Shown piece by piece: positions 46,431 through 56,900 of a stretch of DNA of 64,000 bases. Numbering within the stretch: the first letter of the stretch is position 1; each line of letters opens with the position of its first letter. Location of the stretch: positions 248,001 to 312,000 of the forward strand of contig OZ218965.1 of the NCBI GenBank assembly GCA_965112735.1, written 5' to 3'. This DNA comes from Phaeosaccion multiseriatum (Eukaryota > Protista > Ochrophyta, other classes). The notes beneath the pieces were generated by a model. The model saw only the letters and a program-made list of their open reading frames with translations, did no database searches and had not been told where the DNA came from. The position numbers were made by a program, and so were the translations under genes.

Positions 46431-47955
46431 ATGCCGACGGGGCACGTGCCCTTCCTGCTGGCAGCTCTCCCACTGGCCTTGGCCTTCTCCACCCCTTCCT
46501 ACATCTCTCTCCCCGACCCCGCCAAGGCGCCGACCCCAGCCTTGTTACGGCACGTCAATGCACCCTTGCCCGGGGTAGTCACTCGGCGAAGGAAGCGCGC
46601 ACGAAGTACACCACTCTCGCAAGGCGCGGCGACCAGCGAGGGCCGGAGTGATTCCTCTGAGGCTGCTCTCTCTCCGTACCATCCCATACGAGTACCAGAA
46701 AACGCCTTACTTCTCAACGAAGAGCCTCCCGTGTACATGGTTCCTGACTTGGTTAGTGCCGAGGACTGTGACGCTCTTGTCAGACTTGCGAGGGATGGGA
46801 GGCTTCAACCGCTCACGGTGAGGCAATGGACGCGAGGAGGTTTGTTTTGTGTCAGAGCAGTGTATTGGACTTTCTTTCTCTTCCTTTCTCCTTGTAAATC
46901 CCCTTCCTGGGCGCAGCAGCGAAGCTCAAATCCGTCCTCATCTCCTTCCTCTCCGTTGCAGGTGAGCGGCGCATTTGTAGAGCTTGACAAGAGGCGCTTG
47001 CTGCCCCTCGTGCCCCTCGCCCTACTGGGGGCCGCCACCTTCGCCACCTTCCACGAAGGCGCGTTTGGCTCGGCGCTGGCGGGAGAAGCGCTGATAATGG
47101 GGTTACTCAGCTTGGGCGTGCCATGGGCAGTTGCCACCTTTGGCACCAAGGCCACATACAACAAGTGGGCATGCGAGGCTATCGCCAACGAGGGGGCGGA
47201 GGGAGGGAGAGAGGGAGGAAAGGAAGGAGGGGGGAATGGAGGGACAGAGGCGAGGCTTCTGTCAGAGGCCCTTCTGGCAAGGGCTGCTGCCATACTCGAC
47301 ACCACTCCGTCACGCTTCGAGGGTTTGACGGTCACGCAGTACCTCCCGGGGGGGCACCAAAAGAAGCACATCGACACGTACCCACCGGGGGCGGAGAGCG
47401 CGCTGGAGCAGGGCGGGCAGCGGCTCGCCAACTGCCTCGTGTACCTCCACGACGAGTGTGAGGTGGGTACAGGGTGTCAGGTGCCGCACATGAGCAGAGA
47501 GGCTGTGCGGTTGGTTCCAGCGTCTATCTACCTGAAAGCCCCACGCCACAGGCGTTGTCCAATCCGGCATGACTCTGGTCCTTCGGCAACCCCGAAGCCG
47601 CCTTCTACACGTGTTGCCGACCTCCACACACAGAGCTATCCCGCCCGTCGTCTCGCCCTACTCCTTTTCTTATTGTATTGGCCTCCCCTCTCGCGCTCTG
47701 TCCCTCTCTTTCCTCTCCTCGGGCACACTTGGGCACACACTTGGGCAGGGCGGCAGGACGCTGTTCCATGACCCCTCGCTGGGGGGCCTCGCGATTGCTC
47801 CGCGGCGGGGAGCGGCGGTCTTCTTCTTCCCGGCCTTCGCTGACGGACGCAGCGACGACCGAATGCTCCACAGCGGGGAGACAGTGACAGGGGGGGAGAA
47901 GTGGATCGTCAACAGCTGGCTGAGGCAGACCGACGCCCCCCGCGCCAGGTGGTGA
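46431..47955 (+). CDS. Prolyl-4-hydroxylase-like 2OG-Fe(II) dioxygenase with inserted hydrophobic hairpin (exons 46431-46817, 46962-47462, 47749-47955)
   Basis: EPPVYMVPDLVSAEDCDALV, FEGLTVTQYLPGG, HxD (HIDTY), GQRLANCLVYL..EGGRTLF and MLHSG..V..GEKWIVNSW. Signal peptide followed by ALAFSTP. Confidence 0.87.
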
Positions 47956-48942
47956 GGGGTATAGGGGTATAGGGGTATAGGGGTATAGGGGTATAGGGGT
48001 ATATAGGGGCGGTGCGGGCAATTTAGAATAAGAAGCCTCCCCATTTCGGAGTGGGCGTGCTCATCAGAGGACTTTGGTGTGTTGCTTTGGACTCTGTGTC
48101 CGAGGCTCCTCACGCTACCCGTGGGCTCCTTCCTCAGAGTGGAGAGGAGGAAGCGAGAGGAGCAAAATGACCAGGCCACTTGTGTGTGCACCGCTCTTGT
48201 TCCCTCTCTGGTCCTTTGCTCCTCTCCATTCTGAGGAGCCCACGGGTACAGTAGTGCGAGCCTCGGACACAAACGAAAAAGTCCATGGACTAGTAAGTAC
48301 ATACTAAACTAAATAGCCCACGGACTAGTACATACGCATGTATCGCACACTTACGCAAGAATGCCTCCTCCTCGACGTCGAGGGCTGTATTTATATATAT
48401 ATATATGTGTGTGTGTGTTTGTGTACGTGTACGTGTACCCGCAAACCTATCAAGTAGGCCTCCTCTACTCCTCTATTACTTCTCAAGCGCTTCATCGTGC
48501 CCTGAGCCCAGCGCTTGCCCATGGCCATTCCTCATGGATGGGGGCAGAGATGGCAGGTGATGGTCATGTGTCCCTCGGGCACTACCGAATGGAGTACCTC
48601 AAAGAAGAGAGCGAGAGAGAGAGAGATAGAGGAAATGGAGGGAGAGATAGAGAGAGGGACAGAGAGAGACAGAAACAGAGAGAGAGAGAGAGACAGAGAA
48701 GCGAAAGTGCGACGCCGAACACCACCACCGCAGCTGAAGGTGAATGTGTCACCTCTCCCCACTCGCCATCAAATGCCATCAAATGCCATCAAGTGCCATC
48801 AAGTGGCGTCAAGTCCTCCCCCCCCCTCCGTACGGAACCACACAGCACGAGGTCTCCAGCCCGCCTATCGTTGTGCTGTATCACCAACCGCTTCTGCTGC
48901 TGCTGCTCCTGCTGTATCACCAACTGGTGCTGCTGTCACGCA

Positions 48943-50298
48943 CTATTCAGAGCCCTTGCCCGCGGGTTTTCTGCCCGACTTTGTCCTGACGTGGCTCTGA
49001 GAGTGTGGCTCTTTCGCCTCCTCTCCCTCTGTATGGTCCTTTCTGGTGAAGAACCCGTTGGCCTCTACTTCGTTCTCCTCTGCCTTCTCCAGCGCGAGTT
49101 GGACAGCTTAAGGGGAGGAGGGGGGTGGGGGGGGGCGTGGCGAGGGAAGGGAGGGGGGGGGGGGGGCGAGAGCGAGAGAGGGGAGAGAGAAGAGAGAGCG
49201 AGAGACACAGACACAGAGAGACAGAGAGGAGAGTACAGAGAGAGAGAGCGATTGGTAAGAGAGAGGAGCGAGAGCGAGAGAGGAGAGAGAGGAGAGAAGA
49301 GGCACAGAGAGAGAGTAAAAAGAGAGCGCGATTGATAAGAGAGGAGTGAGAGCACGAGAAAAGAGAGGGGAGAGAAGACACACACACAGACAGAGTAAAG
49401 AGAAAGAGCGATTGATAAGAGAGAGTGGAGTGAGAGCGAGAGAGGAGAGAGGGGAGAGAAGACACACACAGAGAGACAGACAGTAAGGAGAGAGAGAGAG
49501 GAAGAGACATACTCCCTCACCTTTGGGGCTATCCACTTCCAGGAAGGTCTCTGACTTCTTCACGCGGTGGCTGCCGCTTCCCCTGCTCTTTCCACTGCCA
49601 CTGCGGTGGTGGTGGTGGCGGTGTCGGTGCTGGTGCTGGTGCTGGTGCTGATGGGGAGTAGTAGTAGTATCCTCCTTCTGTTGGCGCTTTGCTTGTTCAA
49701 GCTTTGCCACCTCCTTCTTCATCATCTCTGGAGGAACAAAAGCATTGATGGTACGGGCGAGAAGGGAGATGAGGGAATGGAGAAGAAGGAGAAGAGAGAG
49801 GAGGGACGAGAGAGGGCAAGGCAGTGAAGAAGTGGAGGGTGGGCAAGAGGCTGCGATTGCTACCGCTGCTCTACCGCCAGCCGCAGTGGGTATGGGAGCA
49901 GGCGGGGGTACGGGGGAAGAAGGGAAGGACGGGGGAGGGGAAGAGGAGCAGTAGCAGCAGACAGCGTGCGACTCCTGTCCACCTCTTCAGCGTTCCCTCT
50001 CTGCTGGGTCACTTGGTTCCTCCTCTTCCCCAACGTCTTCGATGGTGGGCTCGGCTTCTTCCTCCTTCTCCTCCTCCTCTTCTTCGCCTTCCTCCTCTTC
50101 CTCCTCCTCGCCGTTTTCAATATCCTCATCCTCTTCGGATGGAGATGCGGAGGAAACCAAAGATCATCATCACCCGTTCTAAAGCAAATCTTTCTACGCA
50201 CCGGCCTTTCTCGTGGAGCTATCGCTGGGCTGAATGATCCCATCTCCCCCTTCCTTCAAATAGGGCGTATACTCCGGCCCGCTCTCCTCATTGCCCAT
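48943..50298 (-). CDS. Small putatively N-myristoylated protein, paralogue A (exons 50298-50202, 49727-49521, 49106-48943)
   Basis: MGNEESGPEYTPYLKEGGDGII...|EMMKKEVAKLEQAK...SETFLEVDSPK|AVQLALEKAEENEVEANGFFTRK...SHVRTK...*. Exon phases and sequence are conserved with the paralogue at 52983-53808. Confidence 0.8.
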
Positions 50299-50500
50299 GC
50301 CGCAGCTGCAGTTGGAGGACCAAAAAAAGGGGGAGAGAGAAAGGAGATAAGATCGATATTCATCGCCATCTGTGAGCCGACCTCACATCGAACTGACTCG
50401 GACTCTCGTCTTGCTGCCTCCTGTAGGAGACCGTCTTCCCCCACTACCGTCTACAGTCTCCTGAAGGGAGATCTTGCGGATAAGAGGAAGAGGGGGAAGG

Positions 50501-52201
50501 ATGGGGAGGAAGTGCTCGAGGAGGAGGAAGAGGGGAAGAAGGGCCAAGCCTCCCGTCCAAGAGGAAGAACGAGCTCCCGACAGAGGGTCTGCCCAGCAAA
50601 GGGAGATGGAGGTCCTGTGTGTGGTAGCCGGGTGGCTGGGGCCCCGGGAGTTGTGGGGCTTGTGCAGGGACATAGAGGCAGCATCGAGGCCGAGGAAGAT
50701 TTTCATGCACGCGCTCATGCCGGACGAGGCCCAGCAACTGATGGTGGAGAGGCTAAAGAGTCAAAAAGATGTTGGCGACACCGCTGTCACTGAGAACCCG
50801 CAGCAGGTAAAGGACGGGGCCGCGGAAGGGGAGGGGAAGAGGAAACGAAGGGCGGAGGGCCCTCCTCGGCAGGGCTCTCCCGAGGAAAAAGGGGTCAGGA
50901 GGAGGTACCGCATCAAGGGTGTGCGTTTGGGATTCGACGACACTCCCCCTGGTGCGCTTATGCACTCAGTGCCGGCCATACTGGAGGCGCTCCACCGCTT
51001 CTCAGCAGTGGCACAGGAAGTGCTGCTCCTGCTGCCGCGCTCCATCAGGCACATCGAGGTGATGCAAAACATGCTCCCGTTGAGTTGGAAGCTGGACATT
51101 TCTTGCTTTGAGTGGCTAAAGAGCGTTAGCTTTGGCAACCCCTACGATGGATCTGCCATTCTCCCGCCCTCACTCAAGAAGGTCACCTTTGGAAGACTCT
51201 TCAATCAGGCTGATTTGGTGTTGCCAAGCTCTCTCGAGGAGCTGGTGTTTTCAGAGGACTCAGTGTTCAACCGGCCAATCGCGCTCCCTTCCTCGCTGAA
51301 GAAGGTCACTTTTGGAAAATGCTTCAATCAGGCTGATTTGGTGTTGCCAAGCTCTCTGGAGGTGCTCAAGTTTTCATCCACTTCGGAATTCAACAGACCA
51401 ATCTGTTTCCCTACCTCTCTACGGAAGGTCTCTTTTGGGAATCAATTCGATCAGTGTAGGTTAGCGTTACCAAGCTCTCTGGAGGAGCTGGAGTTTTCAG
51501 ACCGCTCAGTCTTCAACAGGCCAATCGATCTCCCTTCCTCGCTGAAGAAGGTCACTTTTGGACGATACTTTGATCAGGCTGATTTGGTGTTACCAAGCTC
51601 TCTGGAGGTGCTGGGGTTTCCACCCCGCTCACGGTTCAACAGGCCAATCTTGCTCCCTTCGTCGCTGAAGAAGGTCACTTTTGGAATAGACTTGGATCAG
51701 GCTGATTTGGTGCTACCAAGCTCTCTAGAGGTGCTGGCGTTTCCCGTGGACTCAAGGTTCAACAAGCCAATCGACCTCCCCCCTTCGCTCAAGAAGGCCA
51801 ACCTGGGCGATGTGTACAACCAACCCGTGACCTTGCCAAGCTCTCTGGAGGAGGCGTCGTTTGGCCGCAATTTCAACCAAGTGCTCGACATGCCCAGCCC
51901 GAGCTCGCTCAAAACCCTCCACTTGGGCCTGCTCTTTGACCAACCGATTGAGCTCACCGCCCCCCTGCAGCACGTAACCTTCGGCGCGTCTTTCTCACAG
52001 CGGCTGCCGGATGAGCTTCCCGCTTCGCTCCTCCACGTCGTCCTGGGAAGGGCTTACGCGCAGCCTCTCCCCCCCCTCCCTGCTGGGCTGAAGACACTGC
52101 AGGTTGGCAAACACGCCAAGTTGCCACGGATGCATAAGGGCCTCATTGTGATAAAGAGGAGGAGCAGGGTCCCCGGCAGGAGGAGGAGGAGCAAGACGTG
52201 A
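50501..52201 (+). CDS. Intronless FNIP-repeat protein with a possible N-terminal F-box-like segment
   Basis: Alternating 22/23-aa units LPSSLKKVTFG..FNQADLV / LPSSLEVL.F...S.FNRPI, typical of FNIP repeats. MEVLCVVAGWLGPRELWGL is F-box-like. Confidence 0.88.
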   Translation: MGRKCSRRRKRGRRAKPPVQEEERAPDRGSAQQREMEVLCVVAGWLGPRELWGLCRDIEAASRPRKIFMHALMPDEAQQLMVERLKSQKDVGDTAVTENPQQVKDGAAEGEGKRKRRAEGPPRQGSPEEKGVRRRYRIKGVRLGFDDTPPGALMHSVPAILEALHRFSAVAQEVLLLLPRSIRHIEVMQNMLPLSWKLDISCFEWLKSVSFGNPYDGSAILPPSLKKVTFGRLFNQADLVLPSSLEELVFSEDSVFNRPIALPSSLKKVTFGKCFNQADLVLPSSLEVLKFSSTSEFNRPICFPTSLRKVSFGNQFDQCRLALPSSLEELEFSDRSVFNRPIDLPSSLKKVTFGRYFDQADLVLPSSLEVLGFPPRSRFNRPILLPSSLKKVTFGIDLDQADLVLPSSLEVLAFPVDSRFNKPIDLPPSLKKANLGDVYNQPVTLPSSLEEASFGRNFNQVLDMPSPSSLKTLHLGLLFDQPIELTAPLQHVTFGASFSQRLPDELPASLLHVVLGRAYAQPLPPLPAGLKTLQVGKHAKLPRMHKGLIVIKRRSRVPGRRRRSKT

Positions 52202-52982
52202 AGAGGAGGAGCAGGGTCCCTGGCAGGAGCAGGAGCAGGAGCAGGAGGAGGAGGAGCAGGAGGTAGAGAGGAGGAACAGGGCCCTTGGCAGGAGGAGGAG
52301 GAGGAGGAGGAGCAGGAGGAGCAGGAGGCGCTGACATGCGGGACCGAGGCACGTCTGCCTGGGAGGCCGGGGAGGGAAGGAGGGAAGGGAAGGAACAATC
52401 GGCTGTGGGGCGGCCCGCCCGACAGAGAGACTCATGGACGATACACAGCCCTGTCGCGAAGGGTATTAATTGTATTATTATTGCACAGTTTATTTACAAG
52501 ACAGCAGTTCAAAACACACCGATGGGAGGAAATAGTCGCTGGCTGGAAGCTCTGAAGCTCTGATGGAGAGGAGCGCACGAGAGAGGCCACGCTGCTGCTC
52601 CCTTGCGTGTCCGTTGTGTGCTGGTGCTGTCGAGGCAAAACCATTCTTTTTCTTTTTTAAAAAGGGAGAGCAAGCAAAGTCGAACTCATATTTCCACCAT
52701 AAATGCCCAGAGACTTGGGCTCCTCCTTCGAAGGCTGTGAGAGTGTGTTGTTGGCCATCTAGTGCCATCCAGTGAGCAAATCCCTTCTCTCCGCTGGCGA
52801 TGACCCTTCTCGCCCTGGTCTCCGCCAGCCAGGGGGCCACCCTCTTTCGCCAGCACTCCCCCCCGGCAAGCCCCTACCGACGCCACAACCAAGATGCCTG
52901 TGAAGCTCAGCACGAGACCTTCTGCCCGCCTGCGGCTGTACTGTATCACGAACTGCTGCCGCGGCTGATGCTCTGTCATGCT

Positions 52983-53192
52983 TTACTCGGTGCCCACCTC
53001 TGCCTCATACTTCGCCCTGACATGCGAATGGGGTGCCACCTCCTCTGCCTCTTCCACCTCCGCTTGCTCCAGGCGGGTGGTCCTCGCGTACTGCTTTCTG
53101 GTGAAGAAGCCGTTGGCCTGGACGACCTCCGACTTCGCCTTCCCTAGGAAGAGTTGGACAGCTGAAGGGGGTGTGGGGAGAGAGGGGGTGTG

Positions 53193-53246
<54 letters not shown>

Positions 53247-53808
53247 TGAGAGAGGAGAATGAAGAGAGAGAGAGAGACAGAGGGGAGAGAAGAGAGAAAA
53301 GAGAAAGGAGAGATGCGAGAGAGAGAGAGAGAGAGAGGAGAGAGACAGAGAGATAAGGCCATGGAGGGGGGGCGTACGCCAGGGGGTGCCACACGCACGG
53401 GAGGAGTTTGGAGAGGAGGGGGGGTTATCAACACACGTAGTAGAGGTCATTGTTGCTTACCTTTGGAGCTGTCTACCTCCGAGTAGCTCTCCGACTTGTG
53501 CTTACCTTTTCCGTGTCCACTGTTTCTTTTATTATTCTTGTCCTCCTTCTCCCGCTTCTTGGCCTGCTCCATCGCCACTTCCTTCCTCAACAGCTCTGGC
53601 ACTCGGTAGCGTGAGAGAGCACGGAAAAGCCGAAGATAAGTTTACCAGCAGCAGAAAACAGGAGGAAAGGGAAAAAACCTAGCGCGTCAAAAAATTAAAA
53701 CTATTCCTCACCAGCGGTTCTCAATGAGCTATGGCTGGGCGTCACGATCCCATCTCCTCCCTCCGTCAAATAGGGTGTATACTCTGGTGCGCTCTCCTTA
53801 TTGCCCAT
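52983..53808 (-). CDS. Small putatively N-myristoylated protein, paralogue B (exons 53808-53712, 53595-53461, 53161-52983)
   Basis: MGNKESAPEYTPYLTEGGDGIV...|ELLRKEVAMEQAKK...SESYSEVDSSK|AVQLFLGKAKSEVVQANGFFTRK...SHVRAK...*. Exon 1 is 97 nt in both paralogues. Confidence 0.8.
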
Positions 53809-53970
53809 GATGCTGTTGCTGTGTTTTTTTGTGTCAAAAGGATGTCAAGAAAGTTTTCTGCCCATTTGTGATTTCGGATGTAGAACTAACTGCCTAATAA
53901 GGAGAGGGGTTCGTCGCGATCTCGTCGTGGCGAATTACGACCCTTAAAGAGAACTCCACTTGGACCCACC

Positions 53971-56900
53971 ATGTCAGAGCAAGCTGTGGCCCCTCCGCCC
54001 CCCCCCAAGCCCCAGACAGGGCCATCGCCATCATCACCACCACCGCCACAATTACCGCCACCTCCGCCGCCGGCGCCAACTCCAGCCCAACCTACGCCGC
54101 CGCCACGACCAACAGTCGCAACACCTCCACCAGCGTCTGAGGGAGAGAGTGGGGAGGGACCCCCTCCGACGGGGGGTAGGCATCGACCATCAGACAACAG
54201 CGAGATCAAAAGAGATCTTCTCGAGGAGAAGCGGAGGTCAGATAAAGGAGAAGAAGAGGTTTGGGGGGCAGCGCCATTCTTTGATCGCTCTGCCTGGCAC
54301 GGGGGAACGAACCGCCCACTTCGTTCATAGTCTTGCACCACCCAGTGGGAAGGCCTCCCACCCCCTCTGCCCCTCTTTCCCTCTGCTCTTGCTTGCTGCT
54401 TACCGCACGGCGTCCACCCCCTGCCCATGCCCTATGCAGGTTCGAGCAGCAGCGAAGCGCCTTCTTCATGAAGCGCCAGGGCGAGAACCAGACCTACTGG
54501 GATGCGCTGCTCCACGTGGTCGACGCCAACAAGAAGTCCAGCGAAAGGGCCCTCCTCTACCTGCGCAAGAAGGTTAGGGGGGGGGGTGGTGGGGCAGAGT
54601 AGTGCAGTTGGTGATACAGAGCAAGCAGGGCAGAGTGGAGGTGTAGCATGCTGTGCTGTCCCTCTCCGTTGAATCAATCCGATCCCCGTATGCCTCTAGT
54701 CTGGCGCGGGATTTGCTCTTGGCGTGGTGTTCGTGAGCTCGGGGGAGGAGGCAGCTCGACCTCTCTCTCTCACTCTCACCATATGTGCCCTCCCTCCGCC
54801 CGCCCTTCCCCCCTTCTCCTCTTCTGCCCTACCCGCAAATCGAGGCCCCCCATATGACTAATACATAAGCATACATAAGCCTAGAAACGACTCTCCCGGC
54901 GGCATGCATCTCACTCACTCACTCACTCACTCACTCACTCACTGACTTACTGACTCTCGCGTCACCCTGCTGTATCACCAACTGCCGCAGGAGGCGGTCC
55001 ACCGCACCTACGCCGCCGCCCTCTACGAGAGCTCCGACACGCTCAACGGAGAGAAAAGGGGCACTGCCAAGGCACGCTGCCTCAAGGATAGGGAGAGGGG
55101 CAGGGGCTCGGCCGCAGCAGGGGGGGGGGCGCAGCAGCAGCGGCAGCAGCAGCAGCAGGGCCCGAGGAGGAGCGCCATCGCCGAGCTGCTGGCCATGGAC
55201 TGTGAGGCAGCCCTCACAGTGGAGGACCTCTGCGACGCTATCGCTAAAGAGGTCAAGGACCTCGAGAAAGTGGTGAGGGAGGGAGGGAGGGAGGGAGGGA
55301 GGGAGGGAGGGAGGGAGGGAATCGAGGCCCTCGACAAAGGGGTGAGCCCTTCCCTCAAAATGCTTTGAGTTGAGCTTAGACCTGGACCCAACCGCCCCAC
55401 TGCCATCCCCTGCCATCCTCTGCCATCCCCTGCCATCCTCTGCCGCCCCTCAGGTGAAGTACACGCACCAGCAGCTTGACGTGGTGGTGAAGGAGGGGGA
55501 CGTGTCGCTCACCACCATGAAGGCGCTGGACGGGTATACCACAAAGGCCTTCGCGGACTTCCAGGTCAGTCAGGCATATGGGCAGGCATATGGGCATCGA
55601 TAGCTCAGGCATATGGGCAGGCGTAGGGCAGGCATATGGGTAGGCGTAGCGTAGGCATATGGGTAGGCGTAGGGCAGGCATATGGGTAGGCGTAGGGCAG
55701 GCATATGGGTAGGCGTAGGGCAGGCATATGGGTAGGCGTAGGGTAGGGATATGGGTAGGCGAGGCATATGGGCTTATATAGAGTTGAGACGCAGGCGTTA
55801 CTAGACCTCTGAATCGACACCCATCCATCCTTTGCTGACACGCTCCTCGTTTGGATAGGCGTAGGGCAGGCATATGGGTAGGCGTAGCGTAGGCATATGG
55901 GTAGGCGTAGGGCAGGCATATGGGCTTATATAGAGTTGAGACGCAGGCGTTACTAGACCTCTGAATCGACACCCATCCATCCTTTGCTGACACGCTCCTC
56001 GTTTGGATAGGCGTAGGGCAGGCATATGGGTAGGCGTAGCGTAGGCATATGGGTAGGCGTAGGGCAGGCATATGGGTAGGCGTAGGGTAGGGATATGGGT
56101 AGGCGTAGGGTAGGCATATGGGCTGATATAGTGTTGAGACGGAGGCGTTACTAGACCTCTGAATCGACACCCATCCATCCTTTGCTGACACGCTCCTCGT
56201 TTGGGTAGGCGTAGGGCAGGCATATGGGTAGGCGTAGGGCAGGCATATGGGTAGGCGTAGGGTAGGGATATGGGTAGGCGTAGGGGAGGCATATGGGCTT
56301 ATATAGAGTTGAGACGCAGGCGTTACTAGACCTCTGAATCGACACCCATCCATCCTTTGCTGACACGCTCCTCGTTTGGATAGGCGTAGGGCAGGCATAT
56401 GGGTAGGCGTAGCGTAGGCATATGGGTAGGCGTAGGGCAGGCATCTGGGTAGGCGTAGGGCAGGCATATGGGTAGGCGTAGCGTAGGCATATGGATAGGC
56501 GTAGGGTAGGCATATGGGCTTATATAGAGTTGAGACGCAGGCGTTACTAGACCTCTGAACCGACACCCATCCATCCTTTGCCGACACGCTCCTCGTTTGG
56601 GTAGGCGTAGGGCAGGCATATGGGTAGGCGTAGCGTAGGCATATGGGTAGGCGTAGGGTAGGGATATGGGTAGGCGTAGGGTAGGCATATGGGCTTATAT
56701 AGAGTTGAGACGCAGGCGTTACTAGACCTCTGAATCGACACCCATCCATCCTTTGCTGACACGCTCCTCGTTTGGATAGGCGTAGGGCAGGCATATGGGT
56801 AGGCGTAGCGTAGGGATATGGGTAGGCGTAGGGTAGGCATATGGGCTGATATAGTGTTGAGACGCAGGCGTTACTAGACCTCTGAATCGACACCCATCCA

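Noticed and set aside
49985-50150. Acidic frame (SEEDEDIENGEEE...) in intron 1 of paralogue A as an extra exon
   Set aside because: It ends in TGA, I found no in-phase acceptor, and paralogue B joins the flanking exons directly.
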